From contig CAVTRB010000007.1 in assembly GCA_963736995.1 (NCBI GenBank), positions 623,884-687,883 on the forward strand: DNA of 64,000 bases, written 5' to 3'. The notes beneath the pieces are model-generated. The model made no database searches. It was not told the origin of the DNA and worked only from the letters and a program-made list of their open reading frames with translations. Origin of the DNA: an uncultured Chloroflexia bacterium (GTDB lineage Bacteria; Chloroflexota; Ktedonobacteria; Ktedonobacterales; Ktedonobacteraceae). Below, piece after piece: positions 49,360 to 59,730 of the stretch. Position 1 is the stretch's first letter; each line of letters begins with the position of its first letter. A program made the position numbers and the translations under genes.

Positions 49360-50727
49360 CTATGCACCTGTTTCTGATGTGGGTGCGGGCGATGCCGGTG
49401 CCTCCGGCGCTACTGATGTTTCCGGTGTTGCTGGTGTTTCCGGGACAGCAGTCGACTGTATTGGCTGCACCGGCTCCGGTGTCTCAACTGTCTGCGTATC
49501 GGACGCGGATACTCCCTTAAGGTCGTATTCAGAGCCTCCCAGGCTCTGCACCTGCGCCCCTGTGTCCTGCGGCTGCGGGATTTCCACAACTGGAGCAGCC
49601 TGGCTTACCCGGGTTTCGGTAACTTCTGGCTGCTTATCAGGCGCAATTGATTGCGCCCCTACGCCCTGTGCCTGCTGGCTTTCCTGTGGACGCGGGCCGC
49701 GCTCCCCCTGTGGACGCTCACGACGCTCTCCCTGAGGGCGTGGCGCTCGCTCCCCCTGTGGGCGTTCGCGACGCTCTCCCTGCGCCTGTCCCTGTGGGCG
49801 CGGCGCTCGCTCTCCGCCTTCGCGACGTGGACGCTCGCGACGCTCTCCCTGCGGTTGACCCTGCGCCTGTCCCTGTGGGCGCGGCGCTCGCTCCCCCTGT
49901 GGGCGTTCGCGGCGCTCTCCCTGCGGACGCTCCCCGCCTTCGCGACGCTCACCACGCTCCCGGCGTTCGCCGCCTTCACGGCGTGATCCGCGCTCGCCGC
50001 CTTCGCGACGGCGTTCACCACGCTCCCGGCGTTCGCCCTCACGTGGGAAGGCTGATTGAGGGGCCGCTTCCCCGGCTTCACCAGGCTCGCGGCGCTTGCT
50101 CGGCAGCACATCACCCTTATATATCCATACTTTGATACCAATTATGCCAAAGGTGGTATGCGCTTCTGCCTGGCCATAATCAATATCGGCACGCAGCGTA
50201 TGCAGGGGAACTTTTCCCTCTACCTCTTTCTCGGAGCGGGCAATTTCCGCTCCACCGAGGCGACCACCAACGATAATCTTGACGCCTTTCGCCCCGGAGC
50301 GCTGCGCCTTTTGCACCGCCTGCTTCATGGCACGGCGGAACGAGACTCGCTTCTCCAGCTGCTCGGCGATACTGCGTCCAACCAGTGTCGCGTCGAGTTC
50401 GGGCTGGCGAATCTCCATGATGTTCAGGCGCACGCGCTTGTGCGTCTTCGCCTCCAGTTGAGCGCGCAGTTTGTCAACCTTCTCGCCACTTTTCCCGATC
50501 ACGATTCCGGGGCGGGCAGTGTAAATGGTCACTGCCACCTGATTGGCGGCGGCACGCTCGATCTCAATCCGCGACACCGAGGCGCTCACCAGCTCCCGGT
50601 TGATCAGTTTCCTGACCTCGTAATCTTCCGCGAATATATCTTTGTAGTTCCGCCCGGCATACCAGCGCGATTGCCATCCCTTGACGACGCCGAGCCGGAA
50701 CCCTGTGGGATGCACTTTCTGTCCCAA
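49360..50727 (-). CDS. rpsC: 30S ribosomal protein S3 with ~245-aa low-complexity C-terminal extension (455 aa)
   Basis: Canonical [13 protein letters not shown]...KVWIYKGD in aa 1-~210. The same frame then stays open through Arg/Glu/Pro/Gln repeats and a REP-derived segment to 49360. Confidence 0.93.
   Translation of the reverse strand: MGQKVHPTGFRLGVVKGWQSRWYAGRNYKDIFAEDYEVRKLINRELVSASVSRIEIERAAANQVAVTIYTARPGIVIGKSGEKVDKLRAQLEAKTHKRVRLNIMEIRQPELDATLVGRSIAEQLEKRVSFRRAMKQAVQKAQRSGAKGVKIIVGGRLGGAEIARSEKEVEGKVPLHTLRADIDYGQAEAHTTFGIIGIKVWIYKGDVLPSKRREPGEAGEAAPQSAFPREGERRERGERRREGGERGSRREGGERRERGERREGGERPQGERRERPQGERAPRPQGQAQGQPQGERRERPRREGGERAPRPQGQAQGERRERPQGERAPRPQGERRERPQGERGPRPQESQQAQGVGAQSIAPDKQPEVTETRVSQAAPVVEIPQPQDTGAQVQSLGGSEYDLKGVSASDTQTVETPEPVQPIQSTAVPETPATPETSVAPEAPASPAPTSETGA
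49501..49562 (-). repeat. ~62-nt REP-like element, copy C, inside the rpsC reading frame
   Basis: Minus strand: ACAGGGGCGCAGGTGCAGAGCCTGGGAGGCTCTGAATACGACCTTAAGGGAGTATCCGCGTCC, translated as [21 protein letters not shown]. Confidence 0.85.
49684..50043 (-). repeat. Imperfect in-frame tandem repeats encoding ([20 protein letters not shown])-like units of the S3 tail
   Basis: Repeated strings such as CTCCCCCTGTGGGCGTTCGCGACGCTCTCCCTG recur along the + strand. The protein shows reiterated [16 protein letters not shown]. Confidence 0.8.
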
Positions 50728-50769
50728 AGTGTCCTCCTTGTGCTTTTCCCGGCGATCGCCGGGCTATCC

Positions 50770-51123
50770 TTATCGATACCTGGCGTCTGCCGGGTTGTCT
50801 GAAACAATGACCGTGACGTGACTGTAGCGCCGCTGAATATATCCAAAGCGCCCATGCGAACGAGCCTTCGCCCGTTTCAAACGAAACGCTTCATCGGTCA
50901 TAATATTCAGAATATACAGTTCATCAGGATTGAGATTATAGTTATTCTCTGCATTGGCAGCCGCCGAAGCAACGACCTTGCGCACCGGTTCCGCGCCCGC
51001 GTTGGGCAGGTACTGGAGAATAGCTAAAGCATCTGATACCGTCTTCCCTTTGACTGTGTCCGTGACCAGGCGCATCTTGCGCGGCGGGATACCTATATTT
51101 TTTGCAATAGCCCTTACTTGCAT
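50770..51123 (-). CDS. rplV: 50S ribosomal protein L22
   Basis: ATG 51123. MQVRAIAKNIGIPPRKMRLVTDTVKGK. Confidence 0.95.
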   Translation of the reverse strand: MQVRAIAKNIGIPPRKMRLVTDTVKGKTVSDALAILQYLPNAGAEPVRKVVASAAANAENNYNLNPDELYILNIMTDEAFRLKRAKARSHGRFGYIQRRYSHVTVIVSDNPADARYR

Positions 51124-51139
51124 TTTAATTAAACCCCTA

Positions 51140-51427
51140 CTAGCGGACCGAAGTGGTCTTCTCACTCTTGCCGCCCGCATGACCACGGAAATGCCGTGTG
51201 GGGGCAAACTCACCGAGCTTATGACCTACCATATTCTCAGTAATATAGATAGGCACATGTGTCTTTCCGTTATGAACACCGATGGTCATGCCAACCATCT
51301 CAGGGAAGATCATGGAAGCGCGAGACCAGGTCTTGATGACACGGCGGTCTCCGCTTCTCTTCATGACCAGCACCTTTTTCCTGAGCGACTCGTGGATATA
51401 CGGGCCTTTCTTCGTAGAGCGCGACAT
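51140..51427 (-). CDS. rpsS: 30S ribosomal protein S19
   Basis: [15 protein letters not shown]...[11 protein letters not shown]. Confidence 0.98.
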   Translation of the reverse strand: MSRSTKKGPYIHESLRKKVLVMKRSGDRRVIKTWSRASMIFPEMVGMTIGVHNGKTHVPIYITENMVGHKLGEFAPTRHFRGHAGGKSEKTTSVR

Positions 51428-51429
51428 GA

Positions 51430-52269
51430 TTACTTTCTCCTCCTGCCTGCGTTACGGCGGCGCACAATGAACTTATCCGTCCTCTTATTGTGACGAGTTT
51501 TGTAACCCAGAGCAGGCTTGCCCCAGGGAGTTTGTGGCTGTCCGCCAATCGGCGAACGGCCTTCACCACCACCATGTGGATGGTCACGTGGGTTCATAAC
51601 GGAACCACGCACAGTTGGACGGCGACCCATATGACGGGCACGTCCGGCCTTGCCGATGCTGATGTTCTCATGATCCACATTGCCAACCTGGCCGATGGTC
51701 GCCATACAGAGAATGTGAACGCGCCGCTGCTCGCCAGAAGGCAGGCGCAAGAGGGCATAATCGCCTTCCTTCGCCATCAACTGCGCTCCGACGCCCGCGC
51801 CACGTGCAAGCTGGCCACCACGTCCTTGCTCCAACTCGATGTTATGAATGGTCGTACCGGTTGGAATGTTCTTCAACGGCAGCGCATTGCCCGGTCGAAT
51901 ATCGGCCTCCGGGCCTGACACCACAGTATCACCAACCTTCAGCCCTACCGGGGCGATGATGTAGCGTTTCTCACCATCACGGTAGAACAGCAGGGCGATA
52001 CGAGCCGAACGATTCGGGTCGTATTCAATAGCCGCGACACGGGCCGGGACACCCGGTTTGTTCCGCTTAAAGTCGATGATGCGGTAGGCGCGTTTGGCGC
52101 CACCGCCGCGATGGCGTGTCGTAATTTTTCCCTGATTATTGCGCCCGGAATGCTTCTTCAAAGGAACGGTCAGCGACTTCTCCGGTTTTGTTTTGGTGAT
52201 TTCCTCGAAAGTCGAGACCGACATGCCGCGACGCCCGGGAGATGTTGGTTTATATTGTCTTACTGGCAT
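51430..52269 (-). CDS. rplB: 50S ribosomal protein L2
   Basis: [14 protein letters not shown]...[10 protein letters not shown]. Confidence 0.98.
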   Translation of the reverse strand: MPVRQYKPTSPGRRGMSVSTFEEITKTKPEKSLTVPLKKHSGRNNQGKITTRHRGGGAKRAYRIIDFKRNKPGVPARVAAIEYDPNRSARIALLFYRDGEKRYIIAPVGLKVGDTVVSGPEADIRPGNALPLKNIPTGTTIHNIELEQGRGGQLARGAGVGAQLMAKEGDYALLRLPSGEQRRVHILCMATIGQVGNVDHENISIGKAGRARHMGRRPTVRGSVMNPRDHPHGGGEGRSPIGGQPQTPWGKPALGYKTRHNKRTDKFIVRRRNAGRRRK

Positions 52270-52278
52270 TGCTTCTAC

Positions 52279-52575
52279 CTACGCCTTCAATGCTTCAATT
52301 GTCTGGCCCTCCGCCAGGGTCACAATCGCCTTCTTCCACTCGCGAGCTTCGATTGATCGCGGCATGCGTCCACGCAGGTGAATCTTGCGCGGCTTGCCTG
52401 GCATGCGCATGATATTGACCGAAACCACGCGCACGTTAAACATCTGCTCAACGGCGCGGCGGACATCGATCTTGTTTGCCTCCAGGGCAACCCGGAATGT
52501 ATATTTATTCTGCTCCTGCAGCTTCATCGATTTCTCAGTGATGATGCCGTTGCGCAGTACCTCTGTGATCTCCAC
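52279..52575 (-). CDS. rplW: 50S ribosomal protein L23
   Basis: ITEKSMKLQEQNKYTFRV...VNIMRMPGK. Confidence 0.96.
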   Translation of the reverse strand: MEITEVLRNGIITEKSMKLQEQNKYTFRVALEANKIDVRRAVEQMFNVRVVSVNIMRMPGKPRKIHLRGRMPRSIEAREWKKAIVTLAEGQTIEALKA

Positions 52576-52604
52576 AGTTTTTACCTCCTACCTGGCAGCT
52601 GCAG

Positions 52605-53474
52605 CTACTCGTTCTCTTGAGCTGCAATTTCTTCCGACTCGACCCCGGTCTCGGTCTCAGCTTCCGCAGTCGCCTCGGCCTCGGTCTGAACATTTGTCCC
52701 GGATTCACTGGCAGTTGCCTGTTCCTGCTCGTCGGGCGCGGATACTTCCCTAAGGTCGTATTCAGAGCCTGGCAGGCTCTGCGCCTGCGCCCCTCCGTCC
52801 TCATTCGCCAGCCGCTGCGTAGCCTCTTCGGCGCTCAAGCCTTCGCCGAAAACCATCTCAATCCAGCGCACAGTGCTTTCCGGCATAATCAAAGAGTCAT
52901 GCTTCAGCATCTCCACGACGTTAATCGAGGCGACATGCTGTACTTTGGCACTGGGAATGTTGCGCGTCGAAAGAATGATGTTCTCATCACGCTCTGGCAG
53001 CATAATCAGGACATTTTTGCCCTTCTCGGCTACCGCCAGTCGATCCAGCAGGGCCAGCATCTCTTTAGTACGCGGGGTCTCCATGGCCAGGTCTTCAACG
53101 ACGATCAATTGCTCGTTGGCAACTTTGTCCGAAAGGACGGAGCGAATTGCCAGACGGCGCATCTTCTTCGGCACATCATGATGATACGGGTGCGGCCTCG
53201 GGCCAAACACTACGCCACCATGACGGAACTGTGGAGAGCGTGTGCTTCCCTGGCGAGCATGGCCCGTTCCCTTCTGCCGGTATGGTTTCTTATTGCCGCC
53301 CGATACCTCGGCGCGAGTCCTGGTCGAAGCAGTCCCCTGGCGACGATTCACCAGTTGCGCTGTGACAACCTGGTGGAGAACCGCCATATTGGGGTTGACT
53401 CCGAATACCTGCTCGCTCAGTTCGAGCTCTTTTACGGCCTCTCCGGCCATGTTATATACTGTAGTCGAGGGCAT
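52605..53474 (-). CDS. rplD: 50S ribosomal protein L4 with ~75-aa acidic C-terminal extension (289 aa)
   Basis: GGNKKPYRQKGTGHARQGSTRSPQFRHGGVVFGP. The extension begins about aa 211 and runs through REP copy D. Confidence 0.94.
   Translation of the reverse strand: MPSTTVYNMAGEAVKELELSEQVFGVNPNMAVLHQVVTAQLVNRRQGTASTRTRAEVSGGNKKPYRQKGTGHARQGSTRSPQFRHGGVVFGPRPHPYHHDVPKKMRRLAIRSVLSDKVANEQLIVVEDLAMETPRTKEMLALLDRLAVAEKGKNVLIMLPERDENIILSTRNIPSAKVQHVASINVVEMLKHDSLIMPESTVRWIEMVFGEGLSAEEATQRLANEDGGAQAQSLPGSEYDLREVSAPDEQEQATASESGTNVQTEAEATAEAETETGVESEEIAAQENE
52734..52796 (-). repeat. ~62-nt REP-like element, copy D, inside the rplD reading frame
   Basis: Minus strand: GGAGGGGCGCAGGCGCAGAGCCTGCCAGGCTCTGAATACGACCTTAGGGAAGTATCCGCGCCC, translated as GGAQAQSLPGSEYDLREVSAP. 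Confidence 0.85.
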
Positions 53475-53479
53475 TTCGG

Positions 53480-54304
53480 TTACCTCATCACATGCTTCTT
53501 CACTATGAGTAAGCCGCCATTGGCACCGGGTACGGACCCTTTCACCAGCAGCAGGTTACGCTCGGCGTCAGCTTGAATTACTTGCAATCCTTTGATCGTC
53601 ACACGTTCGTTCCCCATGTGACCGGCCATGCGCGTTCCCTTCAGTACGCGGCCCGGCGTAGTGCCGGAACCAATCGAACCAGGAGCACGCAGGCGATCAG
53701 ACTGGCCGTGTGTCTTTGGGCCACCACGGAAGCCGTGGCGTTTGACTCCGCCCTGGAACCCTTTACCTTTGGAGGTACCGACCACATCGATTTCCTCACC
53801 AACGGTAAACAGGTCTGCGCCGAACTGCTTGCCCAGCTCCAGGCCCTCTGCGTTCGCGCCCTCTTGCAAACCCACCTCGCGCAGCACCTTGAATGGCCCA
53901 AGTTCCGGCCCCGGTCGGCGCTGGCGGCTGTTCTGCACTTTCAGCAACTTTTCGATTTGCTTATCTTTTTTCTCTGCGGTAGCGGTAGCGGTTCCTGCTT
54001 CTCCTGCTGCCCCCGTTTCGCCCTCTTTTTTACGCTGCTCTTGCTGGTATGTCTGCAAGCGCCGACGTTGTGCTTTCAGTAATGGCAGGCTGTGGCCTAA
54101 ATGTCCCAGTTCAGCACGAACGGAATGCTTGAGCGTCTTTGGCTCGAAACCAATCTGTACTGCTTCATAGCCATCTCGAGCCGGTGTCTTGATCTGTGTC
54201 ACGACACACGGGCCGACTTCTATCACAGTTACTGGAATGGCTGTGCCATTAGGCCCAAATACCTGGGTCATGCCGACCTTCCTGCCCAATAATGCATTCA
54301 GCAT
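53480..54304 (-). CDS. rplC: 50S ribosomal protein L3 with ~60-aa internal insertion (274 aa)
   Basis: LLGRKVGMTQVF...GTSKGKGFQGGVKRHGF. Inserted Lys/Glu/Gln-rich segment LKAQRRRLQTYQQEQRKKEGE... Confidence 0.95.
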   Translation of the reverse strand: MLNALLGRKVGMTQVFGPNGTAIPVTVIEVGPCVVTQIKTPARDGYEAVQIGFEPKTLKHSVRAELGHLGHSLPLLKAQRRRLQTYQQEQRKKEGETGAAGEAGTATATAEKKDKQIEKLLKVQNSRQRRPGPELGPFKVLREVGLQEGANAEGLELGKQFGADLFTVGEEIDVVGTSKGKGFQGGVKRHGFRGGPKTHGQSDRLRAPGSIGSGTTPGRVLKGTRMAGHMGNERVTIKGLQVIQADAERNLLLVKGSVPGANGGLLIVKKHVMR

Positions 54305-54336
54305 TTCCTCTATCCTCTTTTCTCGTCTCCCTGTTG

Positions 54337-54363
54337 GGCAGGCGCAATGAATTGCGCCCCTAC
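54337..54363 (-). repeat. REP unit GTAGGGGCGCAATTCATTGCGCCTGCC abutting the rpsJ stop
   Basis: The rpsJ TAG stop (54360-54362) is the TAG of the GTAG head. Confidence 0.8.
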
Positions 54364-54677
54364 AGCTTGATCTCGATATCTACTCCAGCGGGCAGATTCA
54401 AACGTGTCAGGGCCTCTACCGTTTTGTTGGTCGGCTCAATAATATCAATCAGGCGTTTATGAGTACGAATCTCAAACTGCTCACGTAAATCTTTGTCAAT
54501 GAACGTCGAGCGCATCACCGTAAATTTGTTGATCTCGGTTGGCAGCGGTACTGGGCCGGAAACTCGTGCGCCCGTCTGCTGCGCCGTATCCACAATCTGC
54601 ATTGCTGACTGATCGAGAATTCGATGGTCGTATGCTTTCAAGCGAATGCGTATGCGTTGTTTTGTCCCTGTTGCCAT
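54360..54677 (-). CDS. rpsJ: 30S ribosomal protein S10
   Basis: ATG 54677 with AAGGAGAAAAACA upstream. [18 protein letters not shown]. Confidence 0.96.
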   Translation of the reverse strand: MATGTKQRIRIRLKAYDHRILDQSAMQIVDTAQQTGARVSGPVPLPTEINKFTVMRSTFIDKDLREQFEIRTHKRLIDIIEPTNKTVEALTRLNLPAGVDIEIKL

Positions 54678-54690
54678 TGTTTTTCTCCTT

Positions 54691-54769
54691 GTAGGGGCGC
54701 AATTCATTGCGTCCGTGTCTGTGAGTTGTATCGTTCCCACAATTTGGGCGCAATTCATTGCGCCCCTAC
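54691..54769. repeat. Convergent pair of REP units in the tuf-rpsJ spacer
   Basis: GTAGGGGCGCAATTCATTGCG ... GGGCGCAATTCATTGCGCCCCTAC. The unit nearest rpsJ ends only 2 nt upstream of its AAGGAG RBS. Confidence 0.85.
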
Positions 54770-54780
54770 TGTCAGCAAAC

Positions 54781-55986
<1,206 letters not shown>

Positions 55987-56079
55987 TTCTGTTTCCCTCG
56001 ATTTGTGCTCAGTGCAAACGTTGTGCGTCAGGGACCTGCACCTTTGCGATGGCACAGATAATGTCTTTTGATTACTTCC

Positions 56080-56152
56080 GTAGGGACCGATAATGAACCT
56101 TTACGAAATCATGCGGCAATTGCGCGCCTACGGGGTCATTATCACGCCCTAC
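56080..56152. repeat. REP-like imperfect palindrome in the fusA-tuf spacer
   Basis: GTAGGGACCGATAATGAACC ... GGGGTCATTATCACGCCCTAC. Confidence 0.7.
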
Positions 56153-56348
56153 GGATAGGACTGGATTTAAAAATGCACAATGCAACTTGCCTGGTTGGCC
56201 TACTCCCTGATTTCGGCTCCGAGGCTATCTGTAGTGCAGGTGCCGATGTATCGAGCACAGCGCCGATTTACCGGCAGGTAAAACCTCTTATCGAAGTAGT
56301 GACTCCCCAGTCTGTATTGCTTGCGCAACGCAGGCTGAGAAGGACATG

Positions 56349-58424
56349 TTAGCGACTTGATTTTGCTATAATTTCGTCAGCGAGATTTCTCGGCACGGGT
56401 TCGTAGTGCGCAAACTCCATAGAGTAGCTGGCACGTCCACTGGTCATGGAACGTAGATCGTTCACATAGCCGAACATTTCGGCGAGGGGAACATGCGCTC
56501 GCACCACATACATCGTTCCCCGGCTCTCCATACCAAGAATGACTCCACGGCGTCGGTTGAGGTCACCGATCACATCTCCATAAAAGTCCTCGGAGGTTGT
56601 CACTTCTACCAGCATCACCGGCTCAAGCAGGATCGGGGCAGCTTTGCGTACAGCCTCGCGAATCGCCAGCGAACCGGCGGTTTTGAAGGCCATTTCGCTT
56701 GAGTCAACCTCATGGTATGACCCGTCATAGAGGGTAGCTTTGACGTCGATCATCGGGAAACCGGCGATGATACCGTTTTCCAATGCCTCTTTAATGCCGT
56801 TTTCTACAGGTCTGATATATTCTTTCGGAATCACGCCGCCAACAACGGCATTGACAAACTCAAAACCCTTGCCGCGTTCACCAGGTGCTACACGAATCCA
56901 CACGTCGCCATATTGACCATGACCACCCGTCTGTCGAACGAACTTGCCCTGGGCCTGGGCTTCACGTGTGATTGATTCACGATAGGCAACCTGTGGGCGT
57001 CCCACATTGGCCTCTACTTTGAATTCGCGGAACATGCGATCCACGATAACTTCCAGGTGCAGCTCGCCCATACCACTGATGATAGTCTGACCGCTTTCTG
57101 GATCGGTATGCACCTGGAAGGTTGGGTCTTCTTCCGCCAGTTTGGTCAGGGCAATCGCCATCTTATCCTGGTCAGCACGGGTCTTCGGTTCGATAGCGAT
57201 CTCAATGACCGGCTGTGGGAAGACGATTGACTCCAGCACAATCGGATGTTGAGCATCACATAGTGTATCACCAGTGAAGGTATTACGCAAGCCCACGGCG
57301 GCGCAGATATCACCGGCGCGAATCTCATCGATGTCTTCACGGTGATTGGCATGCATACGCAGCAGGCGTCCCACACGTTCCGATTTGTCCTTGGTGCTGT
57401 TCTCGATACCCGCGCCCTTGTTCAACGTACCCGAATAGACCCGCAGGTAAGCCAGGCGACCGACGAAGGGGTCGGAGACGATCTTGAACACCAGCGCGCT
57501 GAAGGAGGCATCGTCGCTGACCACGCGTGTCTCAGGAGCACCGGTATCGGGATTGACGCCAACGGGAGCGGGGATATCGAGAGGAGAGGGGAGATAGTCA
57601 ATGACGGCATCGAGCATGGCCTGCACGCCCTTATTCTTCAGCGCGGAACCACAAAGTACCGGCACCAGGGTGCCGGCAATGGTTGCGCGACGGAGGGCCG
57701 CTACCAGCTCCTCGTTTGTAATCTCCTCGCCCTCAAGATATTTGAGGGTCAGCTCCTCGTCTGTTTCGGCGACGCGCTCCACCAGGAACTCGCGGTGCTG
57801 CGCGACCTCGGCGACCATATCGTCGGGTATGGCGGTGTGCTCTGATTTGGTACCCAGGTCATCGGTAAAAATCACTGTCTTCTCATCGAGAAGGTCAACA
57901 AAGCCCTTAAACGCGCTTTCACGACCGATCGGAATCTGAATGGGTACAGGGGCTGCACCCAGGCGTTCGCGAATCATATCGATGGTGCGCCAGAAATCGG
58001 CCCCGATACGGTCCATTTTATTGACAAAACATATACGTGGAACATCATACTTATTTGCCTGACGCCAGACTGTTTCAGATTGTGGTTCCACACCTGCAAC
58101 AGCGTCAAAAACCACGACGCCGCCATCCAGGACACGCAGCGACCGCTCGACTTCCGCCGTGAAGTCGACGTGTCCGGGGGTATCAATGATATTGATGCGG
58201 TTGTCCTGCCAGAAACAGGTAGTAGCGGCAGACGTAATCGTAATGCCTCTCTCCTGCTCCTGCGGCATCCAGTCCATCGTCGCAGCCCCTTCATGCACCT
58301 CACCCATGCGGTGAATCTTCTTTGTGTAGAAGAGAATGCGCTCAGTCGTCGTTGTTTTGCCGGCATCTATATGAGCAATGATACCAATATTGCGAGTTTT
58401 TTCTAACGGGAATTCTCTTGCCAT
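56349..58424 (-). CDS. fusA: Elongation factor G
   Basis: [25 protein letters not shown]. 691 aa. Confidence 0.98.
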   Translation of the reverse strand: MAREFPLEKTRNIGIIAHIDAGKTTTTERILFYTKKIHRMGEVHEGAATMDWMPQEQERGITITSAATTCFWQDNRINIIDTPGHVDFTAEVERSLRVLDGGVVVFDAVAGVEPQSETVWRQANKYDVPRICFVNKMDRIGADFWRTIDMIRERLGAAPVPIQIPIGRESAFKGFVDLLDEKTVIFTDDLGTKSEHTAIPDDMVAEVAQHREFLVERVAETDEELTLKYLEGEEITNEELVAALRRATIAGTLVPVLCGSALKNKGVQAMLDAVIDYLPSPLDIPAPVGVNPDTGAPETRVVSDDASFSALVFKIVSDPFVGRLAYLRVYSGTLNKGAGIENSTKDKSERVGRLLRMHANHREDIDEIRAGDICAAVGLRNTFTGDTLCDAQHPIVLESIVFPQPVIEIAIEPKTRADQDKMAIALTKLAEEDPTFQVHTDPESGQTIISGMGELHLEVIVDRMFREFKVEANVGRPQVAYRESITREAQAQGKFVRQTGGHGQYGDVWIRVAPGERGKGFEFVNAVVGGVIPKEYIRPVENGIKEALENGIIAGFPMIDVKATLYDGSYHEVDSSEMAFKTAGSLAIREAVRKAAPILLEPVMLVEVTTSEDFYGDVIGDLNRRRGVILGMESRGTMYVVRAHVPLAEMFGYVNDLRSMTSGRASYSMEFAHYEPVPRNLADEIIAKSSR

Positions 58425-58433
58425 GATGTAATG

Positions 58434-58904
58434 TTACCAGCGATAATGAGCGAAAGCCTTGTTAGACTCCGCCATTTTATGGGTCTCCTCACGTTTCTTG
58501 ATCGTAGCCCCCTGTCCCGCTGCGGCATCCATCAACTCGTTCGCAAGTTTCTCCGACATCGAGTGGCCTGTGCGTGCGCGAGCAGATTTGATCAGCCAGC
58601 GCATAGCAAGCGCACTGCGGCGCTCACCACGAATGTCGACAGGAACTTGATAGGTTGAACCGCCAACACGACGGGGCTTTACTTCGATAGTAGGCATAGC
58701 GTTCTTCAGCGCCTGCTCAAATACTTCGAGCGGGGGGCGCTTCTGTTTGGCCTCAATGAGATCAAACGCATCATAGATAATGCGCTCGGCAAGGCTGCGC
58801 TTTCCATCAAGCATCAACTTACTGGTAAAGCGGGACACATTCTTGCTCTTGTACTTTGCATCCGGGATATCCGGGCGTTTCACAACTTTTTTGCGCCTTG
58901 GCAA
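58434..58904 (-). CDS. rpsG: 30S ribosomal protein S7
   Basis: TTG 58904 behind AAGAGGAGG. (M)PRRKKVVKRPDIPDAKYKS...AFAHYRW. Confidence 0.94.
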   Translation of the reverse strand: MPRRKKVVKRPDIPDAKYKSKNVSRFTSKLMLDGKRSLAERIIYDAFDLIEAKQKRPPLEVFEQALKNAMPTIEVKPRRVGGSTYQVPVDIRGERRSALAMRWLIKSARARTGHSMSEKLANELMDAAAGQGATIKKREETHKMAESNKAFAHYRW

Positions 58905-59031
58905 GGTCTGCCTCCTCTTAACATAAACACCAGAAAAGGCGTCGAGTTCGATTGGTCGTGGGCAGCCTACCTGATTTCTCAGGGACTCCCCCGGCAATCT
59001 CAACAGACGCCTACACGCGAGTGCCTTTCCA

Positions 59032-59122
59032 TTTCAATCCCAGCTGGGATGGTTAGCGCCTTCAGACGCAGTGGAGAACACCCGACTCTCACCGTTTTCA
59101 ATTCCAGATGGGAAGTTAACCC
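59032..59122 (-). repeat. Pair of CRISPR-repeat-like hairpin elements (period 64 nt) in the rpsL-rpsG spacer
   Basis: Minus-strand reads ...AACCATCCCAGCTGGGATTGAAAT and ...AACTTCCCATCTGGAATTGAAAAC. Same core as the 39911-40015 pair. Confidence 0.6.
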
Positions 59123-59177
59123 TTTTCAGGCTCTTCTCTCTGCAATTACGGTGACGTGCGATATGTCTAATGTTACC

Positions 59178-59630
59178 TTATTTTCTTGCGCCCTTCGCCG
59201 GAGCAGCTCCCTGCCCGGGTTTGGGTCGCTTGGCTCCGTACTTGGAGCGCCCTCTACGTCGTTTCGCCACGCCATCACTGTCGAGTGTGCCTCGCACGAT
59301 ATGGTAGCGAACGCTTGGCAGGTCTTTTACACGCCCACCACGGATGAGCACCACGGAGTGCTCCTGTAAGTTATGCCCTTCCCCAGGAATGTAAGCGGTA
59401 ACTTCCATCTGGTTACTAAGACGAACACGGGCAATCTTGCGCATTGCCGAGTTCGGCTTTTTGGGCGTCATGGTGCGCACCTGAGTGCAGACCCCACGTT
59501 TCTGGGGAGAGCCACGCAGGCGCGAGGTCTCATTCTTCAACGCGTTATATGAATACAGCAGCGCTGGCGCTTTCGACCTCTTTGTTTTGTGCGAACGGCC
59601 CTTGCGGACCAATTGATTGATCGTCGGCAA
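59178..59630 (-). CDS. rpsL: 30S ribosomal protein S12 (150 aa, C-terminally extended)
   Basis: [12 protein letters not shown]...[10 protein letters not shown]...VRYHIVRG. Confidence 0.97.
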   Translation of the reverse strand: MPTINQLVRKGRSHKTKRSKAPALLYSYNALKNETSRLRGSPQKRGVCTQVRTMTPKKPNSAMRKIARVRLSNQMEVTAYIPGEGHNLQEHSVVLIRGGRVKDLPSVRYHIVRGTLDSDGVAKRRRGRSKYGAKRPKPGQGAAPAKGARK

Positions 59631-59678
59631 TGAACGATCCTCCCTAGTTCTTCTTATTCCTCATCCTTATGCACTTTG

Positions 59679-59705
59679 ATAAGGGCGCAATAGGTGCGCC
59701 CTTAT
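59679..59705 (-). promoter_or_regulatory. Perfect 11-bp hairpin (ATAAGGGCGCA / TGCGCCCTTAT, 5-nt loop) between rpoC and rpsL
   Basis: Read directly. No U-tract follows on the minus strand, so it is more likely a processing or attenuation structure than a strong terminator. Confidence 0.4.
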
Positions 59706-59730
59706 CTCCATGTTGCGGATATCTATACTA

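Noticed and set aside
49360-50100. The possibility that the long S3 tail is a separate downstream gene or a fused mis-assembly.
   Set aside because: There is no in-frame stop between the canonical S3 domain and 49360, and no internal RBS or start signal is evident. It is kept as a single CDS, and repeat-length assembly error is flagged as something to check.
55987-56348. A tRNA gene in the 362-nt fusA-tuf spacer (tRNAs often precede tuf), and tRNA or rRNA elsewhere in the window.
   Set aside because: No T-arm signature (GGTTCGAATCC-like or its complement) or cloverleaf could be found by eye. The spacer contains a REP-like palindrome instead. A tRNAscan run would settle it.
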